Part shown: one piece after another, positions 23,650 through 36,505 of the stretch
Layout of the letters: the number at the start of each line of letters is the position of its first letter
How positions within the stretch are numbered: the first letter of the stretch is position 1
Source of the DNA: Heterodontus francisci
Lineage: Eukaryota
Assembly (NCBI RefSeq): GCF_036365525.1
Contig: NC_090380.1
Coordinates: forward strand, 76,509,784-76,573,783
Length of the DNA stretch: 64,000 nt
Direction of reading: 5' to 3'
Translations under genes and position numbers: made by a program
The notes under the pieces: generated by a model
What the model was told of the DNA's origin: nothing
Database searches by the model: none
The model's input: only the letters and a program-made list of their open reading frames with translations

Positions 23650-25440
23650 CAATTTCATCAGTGGGATTGACAGCAAGCCAAAAAAATTAAGATATTAGGT
23701 CGGTGACTAAAAGGGTGGTCTTTGGATGATGATGACAACAGGCAGCATGTAAATAAACAATAGGAGAGGCCAGGCATAGATCCTTGGGGGACTCCAGAGG
23801 CAATAGTGTGGGGGCAGGAAAAGAACCCATTGCAGGAGCTTCTTTGGCTATGACTGGATAGTTCACCAGGTGACAACAGTCTCAGTCAGCTAGATAAGGG
23901 AGTAGGTGTTCAATAATGGTGTGGTCAACTGCATCAAAGGTTGAAGACAAGTTGAGGAGGAGGGGCAAAAGTGCACCAGGGTCACAGTTTTTAAAAATTC
24001 ATTCATGGGATGTGGGCATTGCTGGCCAGGCTAACATTTATTGCCCATCCCTAATTGCCCTTGAGAAGGTGATGGTGAGCTGCCTTCTTGAACCGCTGCA
24101 GTCCATGTGGGATAGTTCCAGGATTTTGACCCAGCGACAGTGAAGGAATGACAATATAGTTCCAAGTCAGGATGGTGTGTGACTTGGAGGGGAACTTGTA
24201 GGTGGCGGTGTTTCTATGCATTTGCTGCTCGCCTCAGGATTCCTAGCCTCTGACCTGCTCTAGTAGCCACGGTATTTATATGGCTACTCCAGTTCAGTTT
24301 CTGGTCAATGGTAGCCCCAAGGATGTTGATAGTGGGGGATTCAGCAATCGTAATGCCATTGAATGTCAAGGGGAGATGGTTAGATTCTCTCTTGTTGGAG
24401 ATGATCATTGCCTGGCACTTGTGTGGCGCGAATGTTACTTGCCACTTATCAGTCCAAGCCTGGATATTGTCCAGTTGTTGCTGCACTTCTACATGGACTG
24501 CCTCAGTATCTGAGGAGTCACGCATGGTGCTGAACATTGTGCAATCATCATCGAACATCCCCATTTCTGACCTTATGATTGAAGGAAGGTCATTGATGAA
24601 GCAGCTGAAGATGGTTGGGCCTAGGACCCTACCCTGAGGAACTCCTGCAGTGATGTCTTGGAACTCAGATGATTGACCTCCAACAACCACAACCATCTTC
24701 CTTTGCGCTAGGTATGACTCTAACCAGTGGAGAGTTTTCTCCCCGATTCCCATTGATTCCAGTTTTGCTAGGGCTCCTTGATACCATACTCAGTCAAATG
24801 CTGCCTTGAAGTCAAGGGCAGTCACCCTCACCTCACCTCTCACGTTCAGCTCTTTTGTCCATGTTTGAACCAAGGCTGTAATGAGGTCAGGAGCTGAGTG
24901 GCCCTGGCGAAACCCAAACCGAGCATCACTGAGCAGGTTATTGCTAAGCAAGTGGCACTTGATGCCACTGTTGATGACGCCTTCCATCTACTGCTGATTG
25001 AGAGTAGGCTGATGGGGCGGTAATTGGCCGGGTTGGACTTATCCTAATTTTTGTGTACAGGACATATCTGGGCAATTTTCCACATTGCAGGGTAGATGCC
25101 AGTGTTGTAGCACAGAAGATGACATTGTATTTGAGAAGCAACAAAGGACAAAAAGGGAGGTTGGAGATGAAACTTTAGGATAGAGGAGTCAAGGGTGGGT
25201 GATGATAGCAAAATTAAAAAAGAGGCAGACAGAGGAGAGGGAACTGTTTACAATAAAGGTACCAGCAGCACCAGGAATGGAATTTGAATGGTCAGCAGCT
25301 TAGTGGTAATAGGGGTGAGAGCAGGAAATGCATCTCATGGACAAGATGAGATCAAAGAGGGCATAAGGGGAGATGGGGGGAAAAAAAAAAATCATAGAAA
25401 GATGTGCATTCATAGGTAGGAGAGGGGAGAAACCTAGGCT
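23650..25440 (-). mobile_element. L2 remnant (about 23650-23990 and 25110-25440) interrupted by CR1 family B copy (about 24000-25110)
   Basis: L2 SGVPQGS remnant; inner LINE has FGFRQGHS, GVPQGRVLGP, FDDD and the family B 3' tail. Confidence 0.8.
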
Positions 25441-25574
25441 TGGTGATCTTTAGGAAGGGCTGAATGGATAGTTTCCTAGCACATTTTATGGAGATTGTAT
25501 GTATTCATTTTATTTGGTTTGTTTCAAGCCCATTCCCATACATTATTTTGCATTACTGACTTTTAAATAGTTTT

Positions 25575-25922
25575 AGATTAGATTAGATTAGAGATACAGC
25601 ACTGAAACAGGCCCTTCAGCCCACCGAGTCTGTGACGACCATCAACCACCCATTTATACTAATCCTACACTAATCCCATATTCCTACCAAACATCCCCAC
25701 CTGTCCCTATATTTCCCTACCACCTACCTATACTAGTGACAATTTATAATGGCCAATTTACCTATCAACCTGCAAGTCTTTTGGCTTGTGGGAGGAAACC
25801 GGAGCACCCGGAGAAAACCCACGCAGACACAGGGAGAACTTGCAAACTCCACACAGGCAGTACCCAGAATCGAACCCGGGTCCCTGGAGCTGTGAGGCTG
25901 CAGTGCTAACCACTGCGCCACC
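25575..25922 (-). mobile_element. HE1-type V-SINE, young copy
   Basis: A box TGGCGCAGTGG, B box GGTTCGATTC, V domain GTCTGCGTGGGTTTTCTCCGGGTGCTCCGGTTTCCTCCC, (TCTAA)n tail. Confidence 0.9.
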
Positions 25923-28609
25923 CAAATTATTTATTTACTTCATTTCCCCCAGAGGTGAAGATAGCTCTCTTCCTTAAATAGGTGCAGATAGTTACTCCCA
26001 AATGAAATCTCAACAATCATCATCCTTTAGATAATTCTAAAGTTACCTCAAACGTTCTTGGCCTCTTTGCAGTTGTAATTATGATCTACTTATACAGTGG
26101 CTTGGGAATCATAGAGCTACCTGATTCTAGCAAGATCTAATTTCCTAGGACTTATTCAGACTAATTTTATAGCCCAAATCAATCTCCAGTAGACTTCATA
26201 TATGGTTTTCAATTAATTTCTGCCAAAACTGATTTCAGAAAAGTGCCTGACCAATTTCTCAATAATGATTTGCATCTAGTGCATTAGAGATAGTCACTTG
26301 AATTTTACTATGTGGTTAATAGACTGGTTTCATAAATTTGACTTTCATGATGTTTCAGAAACAGAGGAACCAGTGTTTTGCAGCTGTTTTGTTCTAATTC
26401 CTCTGAGAATACCAAGTTCAACAAAAATATGATGCTGTAAGAACAAAGCAGTCATTTCATGCTTCTGTTAACAATGCTCTTTCAACCATTAATGTGGACA
26501 TGATTAAACATCATCCCAGGTGGTCACTAAAAAGGCTGTGTGGTTGGGGGAAGTGCAACAGTGGAGGAGAAACATGGGGGTATCAGATTTTTTTTTACAT
26601 TTCTACAGAGGAGCAGTCAAAGCTGAACGGGGCTGCATCTTTATGTCCTGTGCCTGACCTAGGAAAGTTTGACACTAATACTGGGTATCTGAAATGGAAA
26701 ATGTTCCATTCCCCAGTGTGTATATACACACACACACACAAAAAATAATTCTACGTTGTTTAGCTATTCATTCTTCCAATAAACTTACTTTGCTTCAACT
26801 GAATATCTTTTGCAACATTCAAAATATTGAATTTCAAGTCAGTATCTAGAACTTTCAGTAAGTTTAAATATAGAACTACAAAAATGTGCATTGCCAAATA
26901 TTTAAACAATTTTCTTACAATGAACGGTTACCAAAAGAAGCATCCAGTTTTAATTTCCTTTTTTGTAAATCACGAATCCAAAAATCATACTCCAGCTTTT
27001 GAAATGGAATAGGTCTCACTTCTTCACCCTGCGCATTCAAAGCAATTTCTACAGGTATTACAAACAGATTTATGATATACATTTCTGCCTGGTTTTACAA
27101 GAAAAACCTATTAGGAGAAAATTTAGAAATTGTATGAAGTCAACAATCAAAACTGCATGATGCAGTTTATGTAACTATGGCAGACAGAGGCTCTCCATTA
27201 AATGCACAATTTGAATTACTGGTAGAAGGCTTCAAAGCATGAGTGCCTAAATATTACTCCTATACTCAAGGAACCATTACAAGCTGTTACGGAGTTCCAG
27301 TAACTTTAATTATCCAATGATTAACATAAAACACCAAAGAAAGAGAGACATGGTCATGACAGGCCAAATGGTCTCCGTCTGTGCTACAATCATTCTATGG
27401 TCAAATCTATCTTTCCATGAGTTTTAGTCACAGGGATAGATGGAGTGCTTAACAGCTGGAGGTGGTATTGGGAAAGAAACAAAAAAAAAAAATATTGTAA
27501 GGACCAGTCTTGCTCTTCAATAGTACCATACTCAATATAGCTTTGACAGTACCCATAATCCAAATACCTTCAGGCAAGAATGGAAGAATGGTGATTGGGT
27601 ACAATAGTTGAAAATACAAGAAACTCAAGGGTAAAATAAACCCATTAGATTTGTGGTTTTGCCTTTTGCTGCTGAAACTTAAAATACAAAATGATGCCCA
27701 ACAGGTGCTAACCAACTGGCCTTTTAAAACATTGGCACGTGGCAAACATAATTTTGAAGCGCCTCTGCTTCTCAGGAAGAGCAATTACTTCAGATGATGC
27801 TGTGCTCTGTTTCCAAAAGAGTAGTTAGCTGATTGAGTGATTGTCTATTGCCCAAGGCAAGATTTAAAACTATATTTATGCACATGTTTACATACAGCAT
27901 GCTTCAAATAGTGTTGAATCCAGCACTCTAAAAAGCTTTGGCTGCTTATTAGACATCTCTAATAAATGTTTATCCACTTTTTCAGCCTACAAACACCTGA
28001 GGTACATATATTTTGAGTGTCACTGGTCCCTGGGAATCATGACTGAAGAGATCTCTGGGGAATTCTGGATAAATACAGCAACAGGCTCAGGCAGATACTT
28101 TAGATGCACATTAATGTTTGGAAACAGTTACTCATGAAAGGGATTAGAACAATTACTGAAGAAAAGTTTAATTTGTGTGCATCTTCAGATTTGCATAACT
28201 ACATAAAAGCTTTCCAGCTCAATCTTATTTGACAAATTTGAATACAAGTTCTAAACTGATTATTTCATACTGCTGTTCATTTGGTTGTTGAAAAGTTCTC
28301 ACCATTACAGAAAATATACATTGTTTCATGAAGTGTAAATTTACAGATTGAAGGGTATTTAAAACATGTATCTTTTGAGCAATGTAACCAAGAATTCTGA
28401 TAATGCAAGATAGGTCATTTATCTTTAAAGATAAAAGGTTTCAAATATCCTCATACTGCTCAATTTTTACTTTCTTTTATAGAAAGCAAAAAGTAGTAAA
28501 CGGTTCCTTAAAAGAAATTCTCTCAAAATATTTAACTTTTCAGTGTGTGATGTTGGGAGCTGAGCAGAAGCCTTTTACTGCAACACTGCACAAACCATTG
28601 ACAATTCTG

Positions 28610-28678
28610 TTAATCACAATGAAGAATCTTCAATGTGCCTGCTGCTCCAAATCGCTTTCGGTCAGCAAAACCAGGAAT
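28610..28678 (-). CDS. RABL3: RABL3 exon 8, last coding exon (IPGFADRKRFGAAGTLKILHCD*)
   Basis: ttttgcag acceptor, phase 0, TAA stop; matches human C-terminus IPGFPDRKRFGAGTLKSLHYD; followed by AT-rich, repeat-poor probable 3' UTR. Confidence 0.95.
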   Translation of the reverse strand: MPGFADRKRFGAAGTLKILHCD

Positions 28679-29089
28679 CTGCAAAAATATACATTTTTAA
28701 ACATAACAAATTACAGTTGCAGCATTCTCCCTGTATCTGTGCACTTCAAACTCAGTTCCTAGTCCCAATCATCAAAACATGGCTTACTCTGACATGATCA
28801 TGAAGATGTGTTGGGGTTGTAAATGGAAACATTGTGATGCAAAAGCTTCTGCTTCATACAATCACATATTTTGGCAAAGAAAGATTTTCCTTTTTTAAAA
28901 TTAACTTTCGGGCCAATAATTCAGCCCTGGTGTGTAGCATTTTCACTGTTCAGGCACATTGCTCAGGACAAACTGGATACACCAGTGGGATGGGTATTGA
29001 AATACCAGGAAAGGCTTACTGTTGAGCGATGGCAGTTTTGCCTCCTGGGGAAGGGGTAGGAAGGTGGAAAAGAGCAGAACAGGAGAGGG

Positions 29090-29310
29090 AAGAAAATAAA
29101 GACTTATATTTATATAGCACCTTTTACAATCTCAGGATGTCGCATTGCACTTTACAGTGAAATATAGTCAATGTTGTAATGTAGGAGACATGGCAGTCAA
29201 TTTGTGCACAGCAAGCACTCAAACAGCAATATGATGCGCCGATAATTTAAAAAAAAAAAATGATGTTATATATAATGGCCAGAACACCAGACAGAACTCC
29301 TGTGCTCTTA
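29090..29310 (-). mobile_element. Deu-type SINE 3' fragment
   Basis: Matches 55515-55700 and reverse complement of 56075-56220. Confidence 0.6.
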
Positions 29311-30589
29311 AGGAAGACCATCACTATAGCACTAGAAAAGGAAATAGGGTTTTTCCTTGAGCTCAGCTGTTTCAGTTCATTATCAGGAAATACAGAAATT
29401 ACAGTAAATGAAGTATGTAGCATTGCTCTTTCACTTGATTTATGTTCAAACTTTCCTTATGTAGTTTAAAGCTTGAGCTTTCATCTGATAAAGGTTTCTA
29501 AATTCTTCTGTAGCCAGTACTGTATTCAGTAAGACAGAGCAACAGGTCAAGGGTTTTCTGATCAACCCCTAGAGCTTGCTACCGTTAACTAGCTATTGGG
29601 CAGGTGAAGGCACATCCTGGTTCATAGGGAATCTACTTCGATTCACAGGAGTGGTCAATGTTACAAAACCCAAGGAAAATATGTTTTACGAATCACATAA
29701 GGAAGCACTCAATTTAAGTACTTTCCTGAGGCCTGGTGAGTCTTGCCTCTAGCTTCTATGCAAGTTCCCAGTACCCTCAGCTGTGGCCACTTGTATTTGG
29801 GCATGCTGGGCACCTTGCAAGCAAGGACAGGATGCCCTACATCATATTATTTGTCCTTCCAAGTAGGATATCAACAAAATCATATACAATAAAATAAGTG
29901 AACAGGCCCCCTTCCTTGTTGAATGAAAGAGGCCAAGATACAGAAAGCAAGCGAGCCTTAGAAAGTAGAAGAATAAAAATTAAAAGCAGCAATGTTAAAA
30001 GGTTGGGAATTTTTAAAGCACCAGCATCACCAAACATCTACTTAGGTAACATATTGGTGATGCTGGTGAGGTAGCAGGAACACTATTCACTGAAGAATTA
30101 GCACTAGTGGATTTCCTGTGGTATTGCTTAATTTTATATTGAGAGATTACTAGTCTCAGTAAGTGAACTTTCAATGTAAACATCTCAATGTTCATAATCT
30201 AGCGACAAGTTTCACTACAATTAAGAAAGCTACTGTGTAAAGTGGAAAAAAAAAAATCACTAGTGTAAGTAGGGATACTGTTGGGGCACAGTTCCAGGAA
30301 CTTTACCGTTCCTCTGGTCTCCATTGCATCTGACCTGGGAGTGCCTGATGTTGGCACTGTGTGCAGGTCCCTAGCACTGACATTTTGTAGTTTAATGAGC
30401 ACCCCAATTTGAATTATATATTTTAGAAATTGTTGTTCCACAAAGCATTTTTGTAATGGATGAAAAGTAGGAACAGAAAGGAAAAAGAATGATAGGGAAA
30501 GAATGGTACTCTATAGTAGTCTTTAAAACAAGAATCAGCAACTAAAGTGGACTGTTTTTATTTGCATGTAAAGTATATTGCACAATGTA

Positions 30590-30790
30590 CTGCATTCTGG
30601 TCCTTGACCTTTGGGACCTTAATTCATATCCAGCCAGACTGAAAATATGTATTTGCAAGGGCCCCAAGTGAAATAAATTGGATATCAATCCAGTTTCCAG
30701 TGGGAACAGGCAAAACTATTGGTCATCTCAAATCAATTAAGTTACAGAAGAGCTGGTGAAGAAAATGGAAAAATCTCACTGGGAAGGATA
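30590..30790 (+). mobile_element. Ancient SINE remnant resembling LF-SINE core
   Basis: GTGAAATAAATTGGATATCAATCCAGTTTCCAGTGGGAACAGG resembles my recollection of the LF-SINE consensus; not verified by alignment. Confidence 0.35.
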
Positions 30791-30959
30791 GATGGAACTT
30801 GCATTTGTTTAGCATCTTATCTTAGTTTAGATGTGATGCATTTGTCGGACATCCTAAGAATTACGTTACAAGTATTTTTATGGAGGCAAAGACAGCTGAC
30901 AATCTGCACATAAGATCTCACAAGCAACAAATGAGAAGAATAACCAGTTAATGTATTTT

Positions 30960-32012
30960 GGTGCTGGGTAAAAAAAAAATGGCCAGTGTATGTGAAGAAT
31001 TGATTTTCTTTGAAGACTGCCACAGGATCTTTAAATTCACCTGAACAGGCAGATTTGGATTCATGCTTCATCTGAAGGAAGGTACCTCCAATAATACAAC
31101 TCTGAATACTGCACTGACGAGTAAGCCAAGATTATGGGTTGAATTTTACCAGCTCCCTGATGTTGGGATCGTTGTGGGGAGGCCCGGAAAATACCTCTGG
31201 GAGAGGCCCGCCACAGTCCTTGATGCCAAGGCCCCGCCCCATATTACCAGCAGCGGTTCGGCCTCCCTGCCATGTGGTGATGGGGACCTAATTAAAATAT
31301 AATAAAGGAATTAGTCACTGATTTGGTCCCACTGGCTGTTCTGCTCCGATATTCTGGCCAATTGCCGGAAGTCCTGCACCTTCTGATCTCCATTCAGAGA
31401 TCCGAGGTGGAACACTGGAACACTGATGAGGAGGGGGGAGGACTAAAGTTTTCAGGGCAGTGGGGAGGGGGGGGGGGGGAAAAGAGAGAAAGAGAACTAA
31501 TGTGATTGGTAGAGGAGATAGTGGGAAGGGGTTCACGGTTAAAGTGGAGGAAGTTCAGGGGGGTGCGGCGGGCGGGGGTGGGGGGAGGTTGGGATCGAGA
31601 TTTTAATTTTTTTGGGCGGGGGGGGGTGAAAAAAAAAAGAGGGCTATTTATAGATTGATTGCTCATTGGGTGGTGGGAGAGGGGATTGAAACGGACCATA
31701 AAAAAAAAAGTTTTAATTTTTTATTCCGACCTGTACCATTAAACATTTAAATTGACCTGAAGGGCTTGAAGACCTTTAAAAATGGTGCCGGATGCCATGG
31801 TCAGGGACAGAGCACCCACCCCCTTCAAGTCATCAGGGGCAGTAGCTCTGCCCCCTCACTAAATATCACAGCATCTCAGCGGGGCAAATCCTGAGTGTGC
31901 ACCCTGCCACTTGAAAAGCAAAAAAATCCTATGTGCTCAAGTTCTGGAGTGTGCCTTCAGCTCACAACCTTCTGATACATAGGCAAATGTGCTGCCAAGT
32001 GAGCCAAAGCAG
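30960..32012 (-). mobile_element. Deu-type SINE split by a Harbinger-type MITE (31136-31929)
   Basis: SINE reads through ...GCCAAGATTAT|GTGCTCAAG... once the insert is removed; insert starts GGGTTGAATTTTA, ends AAAATCC, TSD TAT/TAT; interior homologous to 33586-34374. Confidence 0.75.
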
Positions 32013-32159
32013 GGAATGTGACCTAGCAGGGGATGTTATTCTGAAGAGGAGGTACATGGCTGGAGCTGTGCTTTGAAAAAAAACCATGCTGTGTCTGAGC
32101 AGAGATTGGTTTGATCCAGAGGTTGGTGCTCATTGATTTTCAAATTCACGTATTTCAAT

Positions 32160-32495
32160 TAGAGTCAGAGATACAGCACTGAAACAGGCCCTTCGGCCCA
32201 CCGAGTCTGTGCTGACCAACAACCACCCATTTATATGAATCCTACATTTAATCCCATATTCCCTACCACATCCCCACCTTCCCTCAATTCTCCTACCACC
32301 TACCTGCACTAGGGGCAAATTACAATGGCCAATTTACCTATCAACCTGAAAGTCTTTGGCTGTGGGAGGAAACCGGAGAACCCATCGGAAACCCACGCGT
32401 TCACAGAGAACTTGCAAACTCCGCACAGGCAGTACCCAGAACTGAACCCAGGTCGCTGGAGCTGTGAGGCTGCAGTGCTAACCACTGTGCCGCCC
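32160..32495 (-). mobile_element. HE1-type V-SINE in RABL3 intron 7
   Basis: Near-identical to 25575-25922. Confidence 0.9.
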
Positions 32496-32583
32496 AATTG
32501 CTTGAATTATTCACTTATCTGAACCAGTAAACTGGGGACAAACAAAACAAATGGTTTGGGGAAAAAAGTTAATCTGTACAAAC

Positions 32584-32622
32584 CTGATTACCATCACGTG
32601 AAAAATACCTCTTTTCTATTAC
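32584..32622 (-). CDS. RABL3: RABL3 exon 7 (VIEKRYFSRDGNQ)
   Basis: 39 nt, tttcag|...|gtttgt, phase 0/0. Confidence 0.95.
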
Positions 32623-33585
32623 CTGAAAATACAAAGAAGAACAATTATTAATACACGCATCATCTCGGAGACAGAGAGATACGGAAAGGAGCAAATAATG
32701 TGCTGCAACCACTGGAGAGAAAAAAAGATGCAGCATCATGCAAGAGTTTCAGATGATTGTAATGTGTAATTAAGTTAGTTATTCACTACTCGTACAAACA
32801 CTCATCCTCATCATACTGTCTCTCCCAGGCAGAAAATATTTAACATTACAGCAAAATTATGGTATGTTAATCCCACAAATGTTTACAATTGCATTTTAAC
32901 GGTCAGTCACAAAAGCAGTGAAAAGTGCTAGCTTCTGAGCAGACAAGATCAAAATCACTTGCCGTAATGATCAAAACCTAGTATATTAATACAAAATGGA
33001 GCATTTTTATATTTGTGGAATATCAAATTTGTCCATAATGAAAAAATTCCACACACTTTTAAAAAACAACTTTTTAAAAAAAGTTTACTTTTATTTTAGC
33101 TTCTATCTTAATCCAATCAAAATCATTTCTTTCACTGTTTGTAAATTTAAAAATGAAGGCCATCAAATGCTTTTAACTAATAACTAATAAAATGCTTTTA
33201 ACTTCCTGGCTTGTGAATACTGCAATGTGATTGGCTCCTTAAAGGATTGCTGACACAGTTGCTGCACACCAAGACATCCACCTTAAAATGCCATCAGGAA
33301 AGGAGAAAACTACATCAGAGTTCGCCAGATCTTGGTTCGCAACTTTCTTTGAGGTCAGTGGCAAACGCCCTTTCTTTGCTGCTGACTGCAAAATCCAGGC
33401 CAATATAGAAATTAGGATTGGAGGTACGGCAGCTTTGCAAATAAGAGCAAGCTGCATTCTACCAGTACAGAGTGAATCCACCACAACATTCTAAAAATGT
33501 GTAAAGTTTAAAATAAAGATCACATTTTATTCACACTTTTTGTAAGAACTCAATTAGACTCTTAATATTCTCTGACAATAACATG

Positions 33586-34374
33586 GGGCTGGATTTTACA
33601 AGCCCCCTAACGTCAGGAGTCATGGCGGGGGGGGCTCAGAAAATACCTCTGGAGAGGCCCCATATTATCAGCGGTGGGGCCTCCTGTTGGCCCTCCTGCC
33701 ACTTGGCGACGGGAACCCCATTTAAAAATGAAAATAAATGAATACTTATCTCGTTGTGATGGCCACCCCGCTCCGATATTCCAGCTGGTTGCCGGAACTC
33801 CCGTGCCTTCGGATTTCCGTTCAGAGAACTGAAGCGGAACACTGGTGGGGAGAGGGTGGCAAAGTGGGGAAAACTCTTGCAATTGGTGGAGGGGATGGTG
33901 GGAAGGGGTTAAAAGGTGAAAGTGACTAAAGTTTGGGGGGGGGGGGTGGCGGAAGGTCAGGATCGAAACGTCAGTTTTTGTGTGTGTGGGGGGGGGGGGC
34001 CATGGAAGAGGGCGTCTAATAAAGTTTTTACTCATTGGGGGGGGGGGGGGGGGGGAAGAGAGCGAGAGCGAGAGCGAGAGCGAGAGCGAGAGCGAGAGCG
34101 AAAAGAGAGGGGATTGAAACTGTTAATAAAGTTGTTAATTTAATTTTTCATGTCCGACAACTTTAAAAATGTAAAATCAAACTGAAGGGCTGGAAGCTCT
34201 TTAAAAGTGGCGCTGTGCCTGCATGGTGACGCCGGACGCTGTTGCCGGGGTGCAGCGCCTTCCAAGATAACGTGGAGCGTTCTGCCCCCTCCATGTAAAT
34301 GAGCTGCCGCGCTAAATATCGCGGCAGTTCTGTGGAGCGAATCCCACATGTGCACCCCGCCATCTTTTCCGGCC
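33586..34374. mobile_element. PIF/Harbinger-type MITE with poly-G tracts and (GAGAGC)n
   Basis: Left TIR GGGCTGGATTTTA, degenerate right TIR TTTTCCGGCC, TSD ATG/ATG. Confidence 0.7.
34037..34100 (+). repeat. G19 run followed by (GAGAGC)n microsatellite
   Basis: Direct reading of sequence. Confidence 0.95.
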
Positions 34375-35152
34375 ATGGATATTATTTCCTTGCTACAGAT
34401 CCAATCAAAACTTGACTCAATCTAAATACCCAGACCCACTGTACAGTTTTACATTTCAATATGAACAAGTACAGATACAGGACTAGCCCTTGGGTTTTCA
34501 CACTCACCCCCAATTCCAAAACAAATCAAGTTCAAAAAAGGCTTTCAGTGATGGATAAGTGGCAACCTTGCCAACTCCATTTATAACAGGCTTTGGAATT
34601 CTTAATTTTTGTAGCCTTGTCCTCAACAAACCTCAAAACATTAGTAAAATCCTCCAAGTACTGTTAAAAGGGAAAGAAGCAAGAGCGGTCACTAGATGGC
34701 ACTTGTTAATGACAACTGGATCTTTGTCATCACTATAACAGAGTGTGCACAGATTTTCTAATATTGTTTTTTTTAAAACAGTACCAGCAGAGTAGATCCA
34801 GAGAAGCCCTCGCCAACCTCAGACTGTTGCCAGAGAGAGGGATGGAGTTAGGTTAAGGAACAAAGTTTGTAGCAGGGACTGAAGACAATGGCTTCAATCT
34901 TCCTGATATTTTCTGTAGTTGTAACATAGTCCATACATCACCATTAAAAAAAAAATGGTAAAAATATTAATTACCCATCATGTTATTTGAATAAATGAGA
35001 TTCAAGATTGAAACTTCAAGGAGGTATGTAAATTTTTTTGGGGACATATTGCAAATGATAACTGCTCATTGAGAATTCCAATTCACTGGTTATTCATGTA
35101 GTACAGAGGTGTTACAAAATTAGGTGCAGCACAAAAACTTTAAAAAACCTAC

Positions 35153-35224
35153 TTTATCAAAAAAACGGCTCAGTTTCACAGCATTGGAAGATCCTGCAGC
35201 CAAGTAACGTGGATTGGTACAATC
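35153..35224 (-). CDS. RABL3: RABL3 exon 6 ([24 protein letters not shown])
   Basis: 72 nt, tcctag|...|gtaggt, phase 0/0. Confidence 0.97.
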
Positions 35225-35284
35225 CTAGGACAAGTAGAAGAAAAATGGATCAATAAAGAGCAATCCAACAGTAATTATTTAAAC

Positions 35285-35478
35285 AAAAAGCAAAATACTG
35301 CAGATGCTGGAAATCTGAAATAGAAACAGAAAATGCTGGAATTTACTCAGCAGGTCAGGCAGCATCTGTGGAGCGTGAAACAGGGTGAGTGTTTCAGGTC
35401 AGTGACCCTTCAAGGTTCTCATGAAAGGCCATTGACGTGAAACGTCAACTCTATTCTCTCTCCACAGATACTGCCAGT
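35285..35478. mobile_element. Penelope-derived inverted terminal repeat (hairpin) with degenerate hammerhead motif
   Basis: GGCAGCATCTGTGGAG...TTTCAGGTCAGTGACCCTTCA pairs with TGAAAGGCCATTGACGTGAAA...CTCCACAGATACTGCC. Confidence 0.7.
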
Positions 35479-35521
35479 AATTATTTAACTTTATGTAACT
35501 TGGTTTACATCATTTTTCCAA

Positions 35522-36505
35522 TTAGAATCAGAGTCATTTACAGCACAGAATGAGGCCATTCGGCCCATCGAGCCCATGCCAGTTCGCCATGGAGCTATGC
35601 GGTCTGTCCCACTCCCTGGCTCAATCCCCGCAGCCCTGCAAGTCTATTTCTCTCAGGTGGCCAACCAACTTCCTCTTGAAGTCACTGATTGTCTCCGCTT
35701 CTACTAGCCTTGTGGGCAGTGAGTTCCAGATCATTACCACCCGCTGTGTAAAATGGTGTTTCTTCATATTCCCCTGCATCTTTTGCCCAAAACTGTGTCT
35801 GTGTGCCCTAGTCCTTGTGCAATTTGTTAATGGGAACAGTTTTTTCTTGTCTAACTTATCTAAACCGGTCATAATCTTGTACATTTCTATTAAATCTCCC
35901 ATCAATCTCCTTCATTCTAAGGAGAACAAAACCAGCTTTTCCAACCCAACAATACTTCATCCCTGGAGCCATTCTGGTAAATCTCCTCTGCACCCTCTCG
36001 GGGACTCTCGCATCTTTCCTGAAGTGTGGTGACCAGAACTGGATGAAATACTCCTGCTGGGGCCTAACCAGAGCTTTATAAAAAGTTCAGCATAACTTTC
36101 CAGCTTTTGTACTCAATGCCTCTATTTATGAAGCCCAAGATCCCATATGTTTTACTAACCACTCTCTCAATATCTCCTGCCACCTTCAAAGATCTATGCA
36201 CATGCACCCCCAGGTCCCTCTGTTCCTGCACACTCTTTAGAACGGTGCCATTAAGTCTGTATTGCCTCTCTCTATTTCTTCTGTCAAAATGCATCACCTC
36301 ACACTTGTTAGTATCAAATTACATCTACTACCTGCCTGCCCACTCCCGCAGCCTATGTCCTGTTGCAGGTAGTTCATATCATCCTCACTGTTTGCCGCAC
36401 CTCCAAGTTTGGTGTCATCAGCAAATTTTGAGATTCTACTCTGTATTCCAAGATCAAAGTCATTTATATAGAGCAAAAAAAAAGCAGTGATCCCAGCATT
36501 GACCC
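35522..36505 (-). mobile_element. CR1 LINE 3' portion
   Basis: KFADDTKLGG, QRDLGVHVHRSLK, GDLIEMYKI, FTQRVV.IWNSLP. Confidence 0.9.

Noticed and set aside
25860-25922. tRNA gene suggested by A and B boxes (also 18600, 32430, 43935)
   Set aside because: These are SINE heads continuous with V-domain bodies; no complete cloverleaf.
26700-28609. Exact RABL3 poly(A) site
   Set aside because: Only several ATTAAA variants were seen on the minus strand; none can be chosen without transcript data.
33916-34143. ORF with poly-Gly and (RE)n
   Set aside because: Translation of a G run and (GAGAGC)n microsatellite inside a MITE.
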